From: an uncultured virus (IMG/VR IMGVR_UViG_3300044612_003086) | Taxonomy: Duplodnaviria > Heunggongvirae > Uroviricota > Caudoviricetes | IMG/VR virus record: IMGVR_UViG_3300044612_003086 | Span: 62,001 to 126,000 of that record | Strand: one strand, 5' to 3' | DNA: 64,000 nucleotides | Shown: positions 9,701-18,900 of the stretch, piece by piece | How positions within the stretch are numbered: the stretch's first letter is position 1 | Layout of the letters: every line of letters begins with the position of its first letter | Position numbers and translations under genes: made by a program | The notes under the pieces: model-generated | What the model saw: the letters and a program-made list of their open reading frames with translations, nothing else | Told to the model about the DNA's origin: nothing | Databases searched by the model: none

Positions 9701-11165
9701 CATTAGTGAAGAAATTGTATTCAATTCGGTCGAAAAATTTAGCGGTTCCTGGTTTTGTTTTGTACAGATGCAAAGCTGTTTCAAAATATGCTCGCTCTGT
9801 TTCGTAATATCTCTTAATGTCAGCTTCAATTAAGCGCTCTTGTTCTGGCTTGGTCAGCGCTTTCCAGTTAGCCACCTTCTGCAGGCGGGCTGTTATGTAC
9901 CTGCGAACCTCGTCTGGTCTCATTCTGGACATATCGCCCATTCCAGAAACATTCGATACGTTTAGGTCCCAACCATCTCTGCCGCCCGTTGCGACGAACA
10001 GCTCATTTAGCTTTTCTACTGCCTCGAATACGTCGGCATTTACTGCTCGTGCAGCATCGCTTCTGTCAACACCCAATTCGCTATACAGTTGCGAAACGCT
10101 TTCATCGAACTTGATAGCCGCATCCTGGGCATTTATCAGTCCGTTTCTAAAAAGTCGCTGACCTGGCTCAACGTCAACCGTACGCCAATCTGGGGAATCT
10201 AGTCTTTCTCCAGTTATCTCGTCGTAATACGGGCTTCTTGCCATTCTGACCGGAGCCCACGGAACATTTGAATCCCACTCATTGTTTTTTATAAAGTTAA
10301 GTAGTGTTCTTACTCCGTTTGTAAAACCACCAAGCTCCCCTGATTCCTGCATCTCTTTTGCCTTACGCGCAGCAAAGCGAGAGAATCTCGACGCGCTAAA
10401 ACCAAAACAGTTGGTTCCGAACATGTCCGTAAATTGGTTTGCAGCAGGGGTTCCCGGAGGGCATCTGAATTTGTTTAGCTCGTCACGGACTACGCCGAAT
10501 CGAGCAGCAGCTCGCGCAATGAGATTTCCACCAGGAACACGAGAAGAGAGAGGTCTGCCAGGGAGGCGTTTTTTTTCTAGTCCGTTTTCTTTTTCTGTTA
10601 GTTCACGTAGTTTGGCTCGTCGCTCATCGAATGACATGCCTGCAGTAATAGAGAATCCATCTATTTCTTCTGCCGATTCCTGGATTACATCATCTGTTTT
10701 TGCATTTACTTTAAATTTTGTAAGTTTTATTTGCGGTTTGCGATTAAGCTCAAAAAGCATTTCGTCGAGATTTTTGAAATTCCCAGTTGTCGGCTCAATC
10801 CACCCAATGTTTGGCATGGTGTCCATGCCATTTTTGCTTTCGTATGATGGACTAAGTACAAACCTTTTTCCTGGCTCCCACTTCGCTGCAGTTTCCCATC
10901 TGTGACCAAATTCGTCGGACTGAACGCCAGGTCTAGTGTCTCCAGTGAATTCACGTTTCTTATTGTCGGTATCTTCGTATGTTTGGCGATTTTCGCCAAG
11001 AGCTTTTACTGCGATATCGGCAATAAGTCTTTCCTGTTTGGCTGATTCAATAACTGAAGCCTTGAAAGTAAGAGCCTTTTTATCAACGTCACCAATAGTG
11101 CGCGCAGGCGCCAGCATGCGACGCGATACAACTACTCGTTCCTTGTCGGTGAAATCACCCGTCAT
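3789..11165 (-). CDS. Giant polyvalent protein: zincin HExxH domain, degenerate VIP2-like ADP-ribosyltransferase, ParB/Srx-like domain, DUF3626-like ART domain
   Basis: 2458-aa ORF; FHEFSH...EVGAE; GDEINVDNFIS...SVAEGNRG...DEQKFVAPPG; PSQQQL...ILDGHHRWAG; RPVSGY...FGDIEVVLK...GDSL...FEAQILGG. Confidence 0.75.
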   Translation of the reverse strand: MTGDFTDKERVVVSRRMLAPARTIGDVDKKALTFKASVIESAKQERLIADIAVKALGENRQTYEDTDNKKREFTGDTRPGVQSDEFGHRWETAAKWEPGKRFVLSPSYESKNGMDTMPNIGWIEPTTGNFKNLDEMLFELNRKPQIKLTKFKVNAKTDDVIQESAEEIDGFSITAGMSFDERRAKLRELTEKENGLEKKRLPGRPLSSRVPGGNLIARAAARFGVVRDELNKFRCPPGTPAANQFTDMFGTNCFGFSASRFSRFAARKAKEMQESGELGGFTNGVRTLLNFIKNNEWDSNVPWAPVRMARSPYYDEITGERLDSPDWRTVDVEPGQRLFRNGLINAQDAAIKFDESVSQLYSELGVDRSDAARAVNADVFEAVEKLNELFVATGGRDGWDLNVSNVSGMGDMSRMRPDEVRRYITARLQKVANWKALTKPEQERLIEADIKRYYETERAYFETALHLYKTKPGTAKFFDRIEYNFFTNDEAGTAVHGSMRPGAGGIRGVMHVNLERIMTNQESMLPDMRADERLAVSAVGVVSDSEAKSAVADFLINSEYAARHMAGLVDGPRSFTKHIAFHEFSHGIQSQAFIQKILRKAIDNGGKIEIPQYKQDKRTGAMTFVGNRIVTVDFDEERGGLLTNLTSGDVMDLMMDSNDGLDLKNMSDALKRSEVAAFLAGKYPTEYTEGSEIWGLEVGAELHALREQGLIFGDDVDAALEWMDDVERSRLSAERADIDAEERAILESTTFRPTSSSSADRLSDEEIDEMSGDIEKRTIEERREKLKEFKKFYSELDEEEMFQQAALVDAQRRDIRAQLDNFTNELNGLSELPEDATEESITERTEKVADLSKKIEEGQKILDYYEKMYSDSRSEWRKKFGVGAKGEASRFDRVVEKTRRDAGMVDDEEIKAFAKAKRIDDITSSAKTKSENQLIRRAADIDVLVKDRLEDDPEVQELMEERSILRSEYISRIAESGDSRATARAGREFNGKVDELLKPKPKKIKKFKSQKEAIDNAKREKARLRRKITKEQAAAIREMDDFVAPEIAQMLTPEKQTVVGRAMNARNARLNRLGLAVDPRRKDEGSLSEQVRNILIPTMEAIDSSSIDSPFEFEVVSDFPAVEVKGKKVGDEINVDNFISGRVLTSRSKPTSSPRGTDKETGRVKRKIIISVAEGNRGVFPNAEKDDEQKFVAPPGKLRIISRDKDGTIRAEIVRQKDTVDVLDALVDGISSGTDDAIWRQGNSKKIREVADKEIIRRSKLGISRPDSTERESADIDETSAEIIDSVADFGSTFGEAPSRRLSSGSTHFGPTLSREERRSSRRKQLSSDMRELRSILNGNGSKEYDDIASDMLDSNVAEALRRYSDEQIAQLIENAAFKMHSSFDRRVRVRMRDEDISSLSENGVVRSGGVRPGAPSTSRRTERLSRMAPNDRRGRLSSGRISSVEELESRAKLEDEVAAKAADIFDKVVAGGKNVDDMTTDEISKVFGKSLVRSTRKAISANHRNTYIAEDVPTALALMSLGHHVIVKDADLTLTASAQAKLEKAVQKSALTHIEQNNERWLNFKKAYEADVLSNNPGIDISSKDFVNKMKKDYVDSYQADLCGLYDAMQNLLCSGHIGIDREKMPQTNGRTKGANTIAIRMLKNGKADGKWEPASGLSTEDSERYASLKKRHPMKNKPSSNPMSEDELNWFYSNTDWNNTEVNLEGEFIQFLNETLTPEDPSTGPSVRKKTVPANEYAPSQQQLVASKVSGMADGITKKALEIADQLEQEGLDRKSDEFRRRFLEEINKQWFSSPILATMDKYILDGHHRWAGINVANLGLGDELQVPLNVNEVQTDIVEGLTLGRAFQEVYGIKEARLGAENAWQKGDIAEISDSEIAKVAEDLKTNISDMADELYERGDFIKVGAVGYTARPDYKKAVTTRQSLRSNRRIVLPDDSDEITGRAAARRTWFSSGRDMTSAANRARNDRNANARAVSALTKAGVEKSERGDMVQAIAAMSVFGNGGTSEDIAKVANQIAAAGNQDLALVAVRELQRSGAIDKNTAMRAMEKLGDYSGPRKPVSNRKKLQNSFADGFRAFMKNVSETRNNNRTRGVLSRTRRQVLTGKMSDGDTDATSSQRIGMSAINFAKDYQSSIGLSSDIPNELRPVSGYLVHNSYKKAKQNQVLQNNSGNIDMDANFEIMDEDIVGDGLTAFGDIEVVLKPNVSNRVAYGKGDSLSTGHRPVALNSMNRDDIVDAYIGGSSPGSRSRNLVSTLNLLGAGMSDDFSSVNSGRDRDGKFPTPGSLGQGVDRDVFEAQILGGFDKDEVEKINYPFSRLSENSGKEDISDVVNNRSIAERLRSAGFSQEEIEYFYSINSGSKMNTQSMQKLRNYRAAKKIQDEYKKLGFDNVGIAHPEGINLFDARSYSAAAKRSDDIETVLREKIMREIAENAKKLLEEMRKEKSPSLVTRSGAML

Positions 11166-11182
11166 TGCGGGTTGCCTTTTTG

Positions 11183-12805
11183 TTAGAGATTGTCGATTTG
11201 CTCTTCGAGCAGCTGAAACTCAACCAGTGAGGCGAGGAAGTTTGCATCATTTGGCACCTCATTCTTTTCTGAAGCACCAGCAATCCAGTTTGCTGGAATC
11301 AAGCTTTCGAGCTTCAGAGCCCGCGCCCGCTTCATGATGTGCTTCTTCGCTGCTTCTTTATCCTTGGCGCGACCAAATGCCTGAATTGCATTGCGCAAAT
11401 CAGCTTCGGTAACAATTGGGTATGAACCGTCCGGAAGAGCCATGCCTTCTTTTGCAAGGTCCATTCGTCGTTCTTCGTTGAAAGCACGCTTCAAGGCAAG
11501 CTCTGCTGCTTCTGCTTCAATTGCTTCAGCTTCATCTTGCTCGTATCTGTCGTATCCCAGAACCTCTCCATCGAGGGCAACGAAAACATCGTATGACTTC
11601 CCGTCGAATCCTTCGATTTCAACTGCGTACGAATCAAATCCTTCGAATACGTCTGGCTCAACAGCCACGACATGTCCATCGAATGATTTTACTGCGATTT
11701 CTGCAGCTTCAGTGAAGTCAATCAACTTGTACTCAGACGCCTCTGATTTTTGCTCAAATTCATTTACGTCAAGTTTGTGGAAACCCATAACTTCAGCAGT
11801 TGTTCCGTCAATGAATATTTCCTTGACATCTCCACTCTTTGTTTGCACATCAACCACAAACATGTCCGCATCTGCAGAATAGCCAGAGTCGATAACACGA
11901 CCATTGAACATCTGTTCAGCAAGTCCTTCAACATGAAGGATTCCTGGCATTCCTTTTTCCGCAATGCATCCACCTGGGCAGTCATCGCATACTGGGGCCG
12001 AGCCAGCATAAGCCTTGCGCTCCAGGGAGCAGACGTAACCTGACGCACCAATGTCCGATGGCTTTATGCCCATCGACTTAATACGTGTTTCACGGAGGGC
12101 ATCCCAGTATTCATTACCGGCATCAAAAGACTTTTCCTCAGTATCTTCTTCTTCGTCTTCGTCCATTTCTTCTTCGTCTTCTGCGCCCTCTTCGGCTTCT
12201 TCTTCCATGTCCATGTCTTCTTCTTCCATGTCCATGTCTTCTTCGTCTTCTTCGTCTTCTTCGTCTTCGTCCATTTCGTCTTCTGACATATCCATGTCTT
12301 CAGCCTTGAACTTACGGCGTCCCTTTGGACCCATTCCGTACATTTTTTCGGATTCAGAATCCATCTCTTCCTCGTCTGCGTCAGTGTCGAGGTTTTCGTC
12401 ATCTTCTTCGTCCATGTCGTCCATTTCTGGTTCGACATCTTCTTGCATCTCTGGAACCATGCGCTTTTTGGCCATTGACTCTTCTTCGTCTTCGGCCATT
12501 TCCTCGTCATCCATTTCTGCGTACATTTCTTTCATGGATGGTTTCTTCTTTTTCTTCTTGTTGCGAGAAACCATGTCCTCTGACATTTCTGGCATCATGT
12601 CTTCTGTCATATCTTCCGACATGACGCTTTTCCCATCCAATCCCGAAACTGGAACCATCTTCATTTCAACTGGTACCGCGCCGCATTTGGCGCAAATTTT
12701 TGCGCCCTTGACAAATCCGCACTCGCCAGAAGCAAGTCCTTTCGCGCACTTCAGCACGTCTCCGTCGCTGTCGATGCTGACATTAACCTTCTCGTCGTAG
12801 CTCAT
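11183..12805 (-). CDS. Acidic head-module protein (scaffold-like?) with Cys motifs, D/E/M tract, two PepSY-like repeats and a C-terminal DUF6582-like domain
   Basis: 540-aa ORF; IDFTEAAEIAVKSFDGHVVAVE...YAVEIEGFDGKSYDVFVALDGEVLG (PepSY pattern); ALPDGSYPI....DLRNAIQAFGRAKD....KHI.KRARAL. Confidence 0.7.
   Translation of the reverse strand: MSYDEKVNVSIDSDGDVLKCAKGLASGECGFVKGAKICAKCGAVPVEMKMVPVSGLDGKSVMSEDMTEDMMPEMSEDMVSRNKKKKKKPSMKEMYAEMDDEEMAEDEEESMAKKRMVPEMQEDVEPEMDDMDEEDDENLDTDADEEEMDSESEKMYGMGPKGRRKFKAEDMDMSEDEMDEDEEDEEDEEDMDMEEEDMDMEEEAEEGAEDEEEMDEDEEEDTEEKSFDAGNEYWDALRETRIKSMGIKPSDIGASGYVCSLERKAYAGSAPVCDDCPGGCIAEKGMPGILHVEGLAEQMFNGRVIDSGYSADADMFVVDVQTKSGDVKEIFIDGTTAEVMGFHKLDVNEFEQKSEASEYKLIDFTEAAEIAVKSFDGHVVAVEPDVFEGFDSYAVEIEGFDGKSYDVFVALDGEVLGYDRYEQDEAEAIEAEAAELALKRAFNEERRMDLAKEGMALPDGSYPIVTEADLRNAIQAFGRAKDKEAAKKHIMKRARALKLESLIPANWIAGASEKNEVPNDANFLASLVEFQLLEEQIDNL
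12140..12300 (-). repeat. Low-complexity GAA/GAC/ATG codon repeats encoding a poly-D/E/M tract
   Basis: Tandem tcttcgtct and tccatg units visible on the + strand. Confidence 0.85.
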
Positions 12806-12867
12806 AGAACTCCTGTTTGTGCAGGAAAATGACCGGTCTGGACATTAACCATTAAATTGTGCTCTAA

Positions 12868-12873
12868 ATTATA
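12868..12873 (-). promoter_or_regulatory. Candidate -10 element (TATAAT) upstream of the 540-aa gene
   Basis: Perfect TATAAT on the minus strand in the AT-rich 12806-12947 gap; GGAG RBS before the ATG. Confidence 0.45.
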
Positions 12874-12947
12874 ACGTATCATGTCGCAGCAGCGTGAATT
12901 AGCAACATTAACTAATTTCTGCAAATTTATTTACTACTGCAATATTC

Positions 12948-15900
12948 CTATTCTTTTGTTCCTGATTTGCCGAACATGGTTCGACCTTCTTCTTGAAGTC
13001 TCTTACGTGCGTTTTCTAATTGCTCTTTACTGAAAATGTCCTCAATTGTGTGGCTTGTGCCAAATATTTCATTGAAACGATTGACCACATCCTGAAGCTC
13101 GTTGGATGAGTATCTTGGCTCATCACCCTTAATCTTGCTGAAAGTCTTGCCGCGTGTTTTTGCTGCATTGTTTAGAAGAACGGAAAGATTGCTCGTACCA
13201 AGGATGTATTCCTTATTTCTCTTGGTGTTTCCACCAGAACCCTTCTGGGTGTTTGATATGAACTCAACCATCGCCTCGGCAACATTTGCCTTGCTTGCGC
13301 GAAGTTCACCGTCAAGCTTTTGACCATTTTCTGGCCAAACGCTTTCCGCATTCTCAATCATCCCTGTCCGAATCATCTCCTGGATTGCTGCAACTGGCAC
13401 TCCGTCACTTTCCCATGACTTCCTGTCTTTCGGATTGGTCAAACCGACATCATCCATCCCGAATGACCGCTTCATTCTTTCTCTTAGCTGAGCCATCCAT
13501 TCGTCTCTGTCAAGACCAAGATTTTCGATGAGATTATCCAACTTGAAATCTCTTCTTGATGTCTTTGCGCCAGCTGGGTTTGTTTCATTGACCGTCGGTG
13601 CTGGTGCTTCTGGAACAAAGTCTGGCATTCCCTCGTAAATAAGGTCAGCCTCGGCAGAAGCTTCGCCATCAGCGTCTTCTGGGTTTGGCGTAAATCTTCC
13701 AGTTGCCCTAAATTTTGCCACTGGGTCGACTTCTCCAAGAGTGGAGTATTCATCTGAAGAAATGATTTGATTTTCTTCCCTGTCGGCCCAGAACGGATAT
13801 GCGTCTTTCCCAAATGTTTCAATGATGAATCTGTCGCGCATATTGGCTCTACCGAGATTTTCGGCAAAACGTTGAGCTGACGACATCTTCTCCACGCCCG
13901 GCTCGTCTGAAGTTACTGGCGAGAACAATCTCCATCCACCAAATTCAGGTCTATTGCCGAGTTCTGCAACGAGGAATCTGACGGCATTGTGGGATATTCC
14001 AGAATCATCATCAGAAATCCTCTTTGCATCCTCTGGCGATAAATTTAGCAATCTTGAAAGGTCGGTGTTGGAAATTGGTTCCGACTTGGTCCACTTTACA
14101 TCAGCAATTGTGTTGTCTGGATTTCTGACAACATCAAACTCTGTTGGAATTCTGATTGATTCCTTCAGGCTCTTTACTGGAAGCATCCATGTATCTGCAT
14201 CTGGATTCGAAAGATTTTCATTCCCAGATACGCGACCGATAGTTACTTGTGGTCGACGCTTCATTGCGGCGGCAGCCTTATCCAGGCCCTCATTTATCTG
14301 TCGTCTGCGCTCTTTTACTGTTCCGGACTTACTTGACGTATCTAGCGTTATTCCGCGTTTTCTAAAACCATCCCAGAATCTTCTGGCAAACGCGAATGAC
14401 TCTCCAGTCTTTGAGCCTCTAATTGCAGCAAGATTTGTAGCATTGATATTGTCCGCATAAGTGGACCCGCTACTCATTCTTCGTGCTTTTCTGTCAGCGC
14501 GATTTGAACTGTTTACTGAACGTGGCCCACCAACTGCTGCTGTCCGTTCTGGCGCTTGGACTCCTGGCGTTTCTGGTGCTGAGGTTTCTGTAGTGGCCTG
14601 TCGCTCAACATCTCCGCCACGAAGTCTTGCTCGTCTTGCCGACCTGTTGGTCCCAGTTCCTGGAACTGCTGTTTCAGGTACGCTATTTACGCGACCGCTT
14701 GAAAGTATCTCTCTTGCGCCATCAGGGAATACTTGCTCACCATCTCCAAATGGGTTCCAAAATCCAGAAGGAGCCTGCTGCTCCTCGGTTAGGAACTTTT
14801 CAATATATTCAAAACCCTTTGGATTTTTCTTTGGGTCGATAATCCATGACGTTGCCTCAGACAACTGAATGCGCTTTTTTGCGCGAGTCATCATGACGTA
14901 AATAAGGTTTTCCATTTCACGACTTATGTCATTCCCTGGAAGTATCGAACCATCGTCTTCAAACTTTGGCTGGAAGAAATCGTCTCCGGCAACCACGTTG
15001 TCGAATTCCAAACCTTTGGCTGCGTGTGTTGTTAAGAACGATGCATCAACTTCTGGCTCGTTTGCTGAGTCAGTTATCATTCTTCCAACAAGGCTGAGGA
15101 GCAATCCAGTCTCTTCTGGATTATCTCCCTTTATTCTTACAGCGTCATATGCTGGTGCATTCGATGAGCCAGCCTTACGTGGTACGTACTGCTTTTCTAT
15201 TGTGACTTTTCCTTCCAGATTGAGGTCTTTAATCATTTTCTCAATCCGGCGTCGCATCATAGGCTTTTCGCCGTTCTTGTCACCTGTGTACTGAATTTTT
15301 CCTGCTGCGTCCCTGAACTGGTAGACATCAATTATTCCTTCACCGGAAATAATTACTCCATTCTCCCATTTCCCATCTGCACCAAGACTTTCGGTATCCA
15401 GTTTCCAGAAAACTTCTCTGCTTGGTGTCTGGCCGGTTGGGTTCGGGATGATGTTAAATCGCTTATCACGATTCATCTTGTACGCACCCTTGGCTCCACC
15501 GCCGCCTTTACCTGCTTTTTGTTTTCCGAGAGCAATTAGTTCCTCACCAGAAACCGTCGAAGAACTTCCATCTATATTCTTGAATGGGTCAACATCGAGT
15601 GGTTCTTCTATTTCTCGTATTCTTGCTCTAGTTAAGACCTCGCCAGTTTGTGGGTCCCTTCGACCTAGCAATCTGTTTAGCCAGTCAAGTGGGGAAAGTT
15701 GATTTCCTTCTGCGTCTCGAACCTGCAAAAGCTTGAGCATTGAACCCAGTTGACCATAGGATGATTTTTGACCTGCGCGTTTTCTGATTTCCTCCATTGT
15801 CCACGCATTGCCAATAATCTTTGATTCGCGTGGTCGTGTCCCAACAGGACGGAGGACAAACTGATAGTGGCGTAGGAATTCAACCATGTCTCTGTATTTT

Positions 15901-18900
15901 TCGGCAGGCAATCCAACGATTTTGTCTGGATGCGCTCCGATGAATTCCAAGGCAGCTGTAAGGGTGTTTTTGTTTGAATAAGAAATATATGCCCACGTAC
16001 CATCTGCGCTTGTTGGTATCTGACGGTAGAGGATTCCTTCCGATTCTGGAACGATGTAACCACGAGCCTTGTCCAGTAGCTCATTTCTCTCTTTTTCTGG
16101 CATATCTGCCAGTGACTGTCCGTCTGGACCAGAAATTCCGTATTTCTTTTGTATTGAATCAAGTTTCTTACGCAAATCATTTCCGGTGAGTGTTCCAAGA
16201 TTGAAGTCATGAGAAACCACATCCTGAAGTCGGCCAAACAACTTGTAGTCCGCAGAAACCTCATCAATCCCATTCTGCCTGTCGGTCATGTTTCCACGAC
16301 CAAGCATCAAGTTTCCAAGGAACGCAACTGTCTTTCCGTATCTGAATGAGTCAGTCAACGTCAAGTTGAAATCTGGATTGAGTCGAGCGAATGAGTCAGA
16401 TGAACCACGGAATCCATAAATTGATTGCCGTGGGTCACCGACCATGACTATTGCAAGATTATTATTCGCAATATTGTCTTCAATCACCTTTTGGAGAACT
16501 GGGTTTACGTCCTGAGCTTCGTCAAAGAAGAAAGTCGAAATGGGCTTATCTTCCGTTGCATATCGGCGACGCAATCCGGCGCGTGCTCCACCACCTGTGT
16601 AGACATAATCCACACCATCAACTTGGACTATTGAGCCTGGGTCAAGTTTTTTGTCCTGTGCTCTTGCATCTTTCACTTTTCTTGTGCCGTGACCAACCAT
16701 TCCAGCGTCTGTACGCAGATTTGGTTTTTGCATAGCCCAAATCTTTACTTGCTGGTCGTAGTTGGGCAGCACATTGCTCTTCGGGTCGAGCGTGTCAGAC
16801 CACATTTTGAGTGCTAGGTCAACCCACTCTTGTGGTATCTGGTCGAATGCTGTTTCGGCAGGGTCGATTGGGTCGCCAGACTCGGCAAGTTGCTTATTTC
16901 TTTCAATTTCGTGTGGACGAAGCTTGAAATGTTTTTCACTAAGCGCATCATCATCACTCTGTGAATAACGAGTAAGGGCGTTGATGAGAACAAGACCATA
17001 ATCGTCAGCAGTCAGCTCCACCCCTTCGTGGGTAAGTCCGTCTGGGTATTTCGTGCCGAAATCGTAGTGTCTCGCTACGTCGCGACCACCGCTTTCTGTT
17101 TCAAACGAAACGTATCCCAAAGTTCTGAATCCAGCTTTTTTCAATCCTGTTGTATCGACAGTTTTTCCACCATATCCCTCTGCAGACGTTTGTCTTGTTG
17201 ATTTAGGGTTTGCTGATGAGTAGTACTCGTTGCCGGCGCCAATGCCTATCTTTTTTAGTTTCTCTTTGAACTCTGGAGAAATTCCTGGCCTGTCTTCGAG
17301 CAATAGGGACCAGTATGCCAATTGGTTAATCGAAGAGCTTCCTGTGTTGTCAGGCATTCTACGTGCTGCTTCTGCAGCATTTTTCTTATTGAATGTTATG
17401 TAATAAAACTGTGACTCCGGAGATTCCTTGGCCATACGAATAACAGATTGTTCAACTGTGGTGGTTTTACCTGCTCCGGCTCCTGCGCGAACAGCAGCCA
17501 ATCCACCTTCACCAGTTTTTGTGAAGTGTGCAACTGTATCCATAACGTCTTTTTGTTCATCAGTCGGCTCAAACTTCATTCCAAACATTTCCATGAACGA
17601 ACCCTCAGTTCGCTCAATCTTGCGCTTAGGGTCCTTGGCGCCAACAATTGGTCCGCGGCCAGAAGAAAGACGCTTGTTAATTTGGTTATACGTGTTGCCT
17701 TCTTCGTCCTTGATAACGAATCCGGTTATGCCGCTTGAAAGACGATTATTCTCGTAGTCCTCAAGGATAGTTTTTACTGCAGATGGACCTTGTCCACGAA
17801 CACGCACGCGTTGACGTACTTTGTTTTCTGGTGTTGGTGTGCCGACAACTGGCTTTTTCTTTGGAATTGGGATAGTGATTCGACCAACGATTGGCGCTTC
17901 AATTGTGTAGTCTTCTTTACCCTTGCGTTCGCTGTCTGGAACACCAGCGCGCTTGCGCAGCGTTGCTGACTTATTCATAATGTAGTCAACAGCCTGCTGT
18001 CCGCCTTCAATTGCACGACGGATTGAGCTTGGGTCGTCCTGCAGTGCTTTGCGCCAGAACGCTAGGTACTGAATATGGTCTTCGCGTATTTGAGGCTCTA
18101 CACCGAGGAATCCCATCGCAAATGAAGCACCGATTTCTGCGATGAGTTCTTCAAATGCGTATTTCTTTCTCTGTTCTGGGGTGCCCTTCATTCTGCCGCT
18201 TAGGTCTCTCTTTAGTCGCGATGGATGGGCTGTCCAGTGAATAATTTCATGCAGAACTGTTCCATAGAAAGCAATTGGTTCAATAAAGTTCTCAAATGGA
18301 GGAACATTTATCGTGTCGTCGTTTGGGTCGTAGAATGCGCTGACTCCCTGTTCCTTGTATCTAGGACCAATTTCTTTGATTACATTTTCAATGTCTTCAA
18401 GTCGTTGTGCCGCATCAAGTTTTTCTGTTTCTTTGACTTCGTAGACCCATGCTGGCAGTCCGTCCATTTGGTCGGCGTTGAATACTGTTTCAATTTTGAA
18501 ACCTTTTTCACCAGTACGAATTCCGTCATCATTTTTTATGTCAAACGGAACGAGGATATTGACACCAATTTCTCCTGGTTTTGGTTTTGCTTTCTTATTC
18601 AACTCACGCCACTGCGAACGTCCAGCCCAACGATTTGTTTTGTATTTGCGCTTTGATGCGACCTGGGAAAGAATCAATTGATTCATGCCTTGATAAATAC
18701 GATTTCTTCTTGTTGGATTTCGACCGTACAACTCTGGCGAGCGCCAAGGCACTTGCCACTGGCCAGCTTTGCTTGGGTCCTTTAATATCTCATCAAGCGC
18801 AGCAATAATTGCTTCACCCATTTGCTGGTACATGTCTTTAATACGAGCTGCATCTGCTTCTTGATTTTCATCTTTTCCAGATGACAGTGTCTGGCCATCC

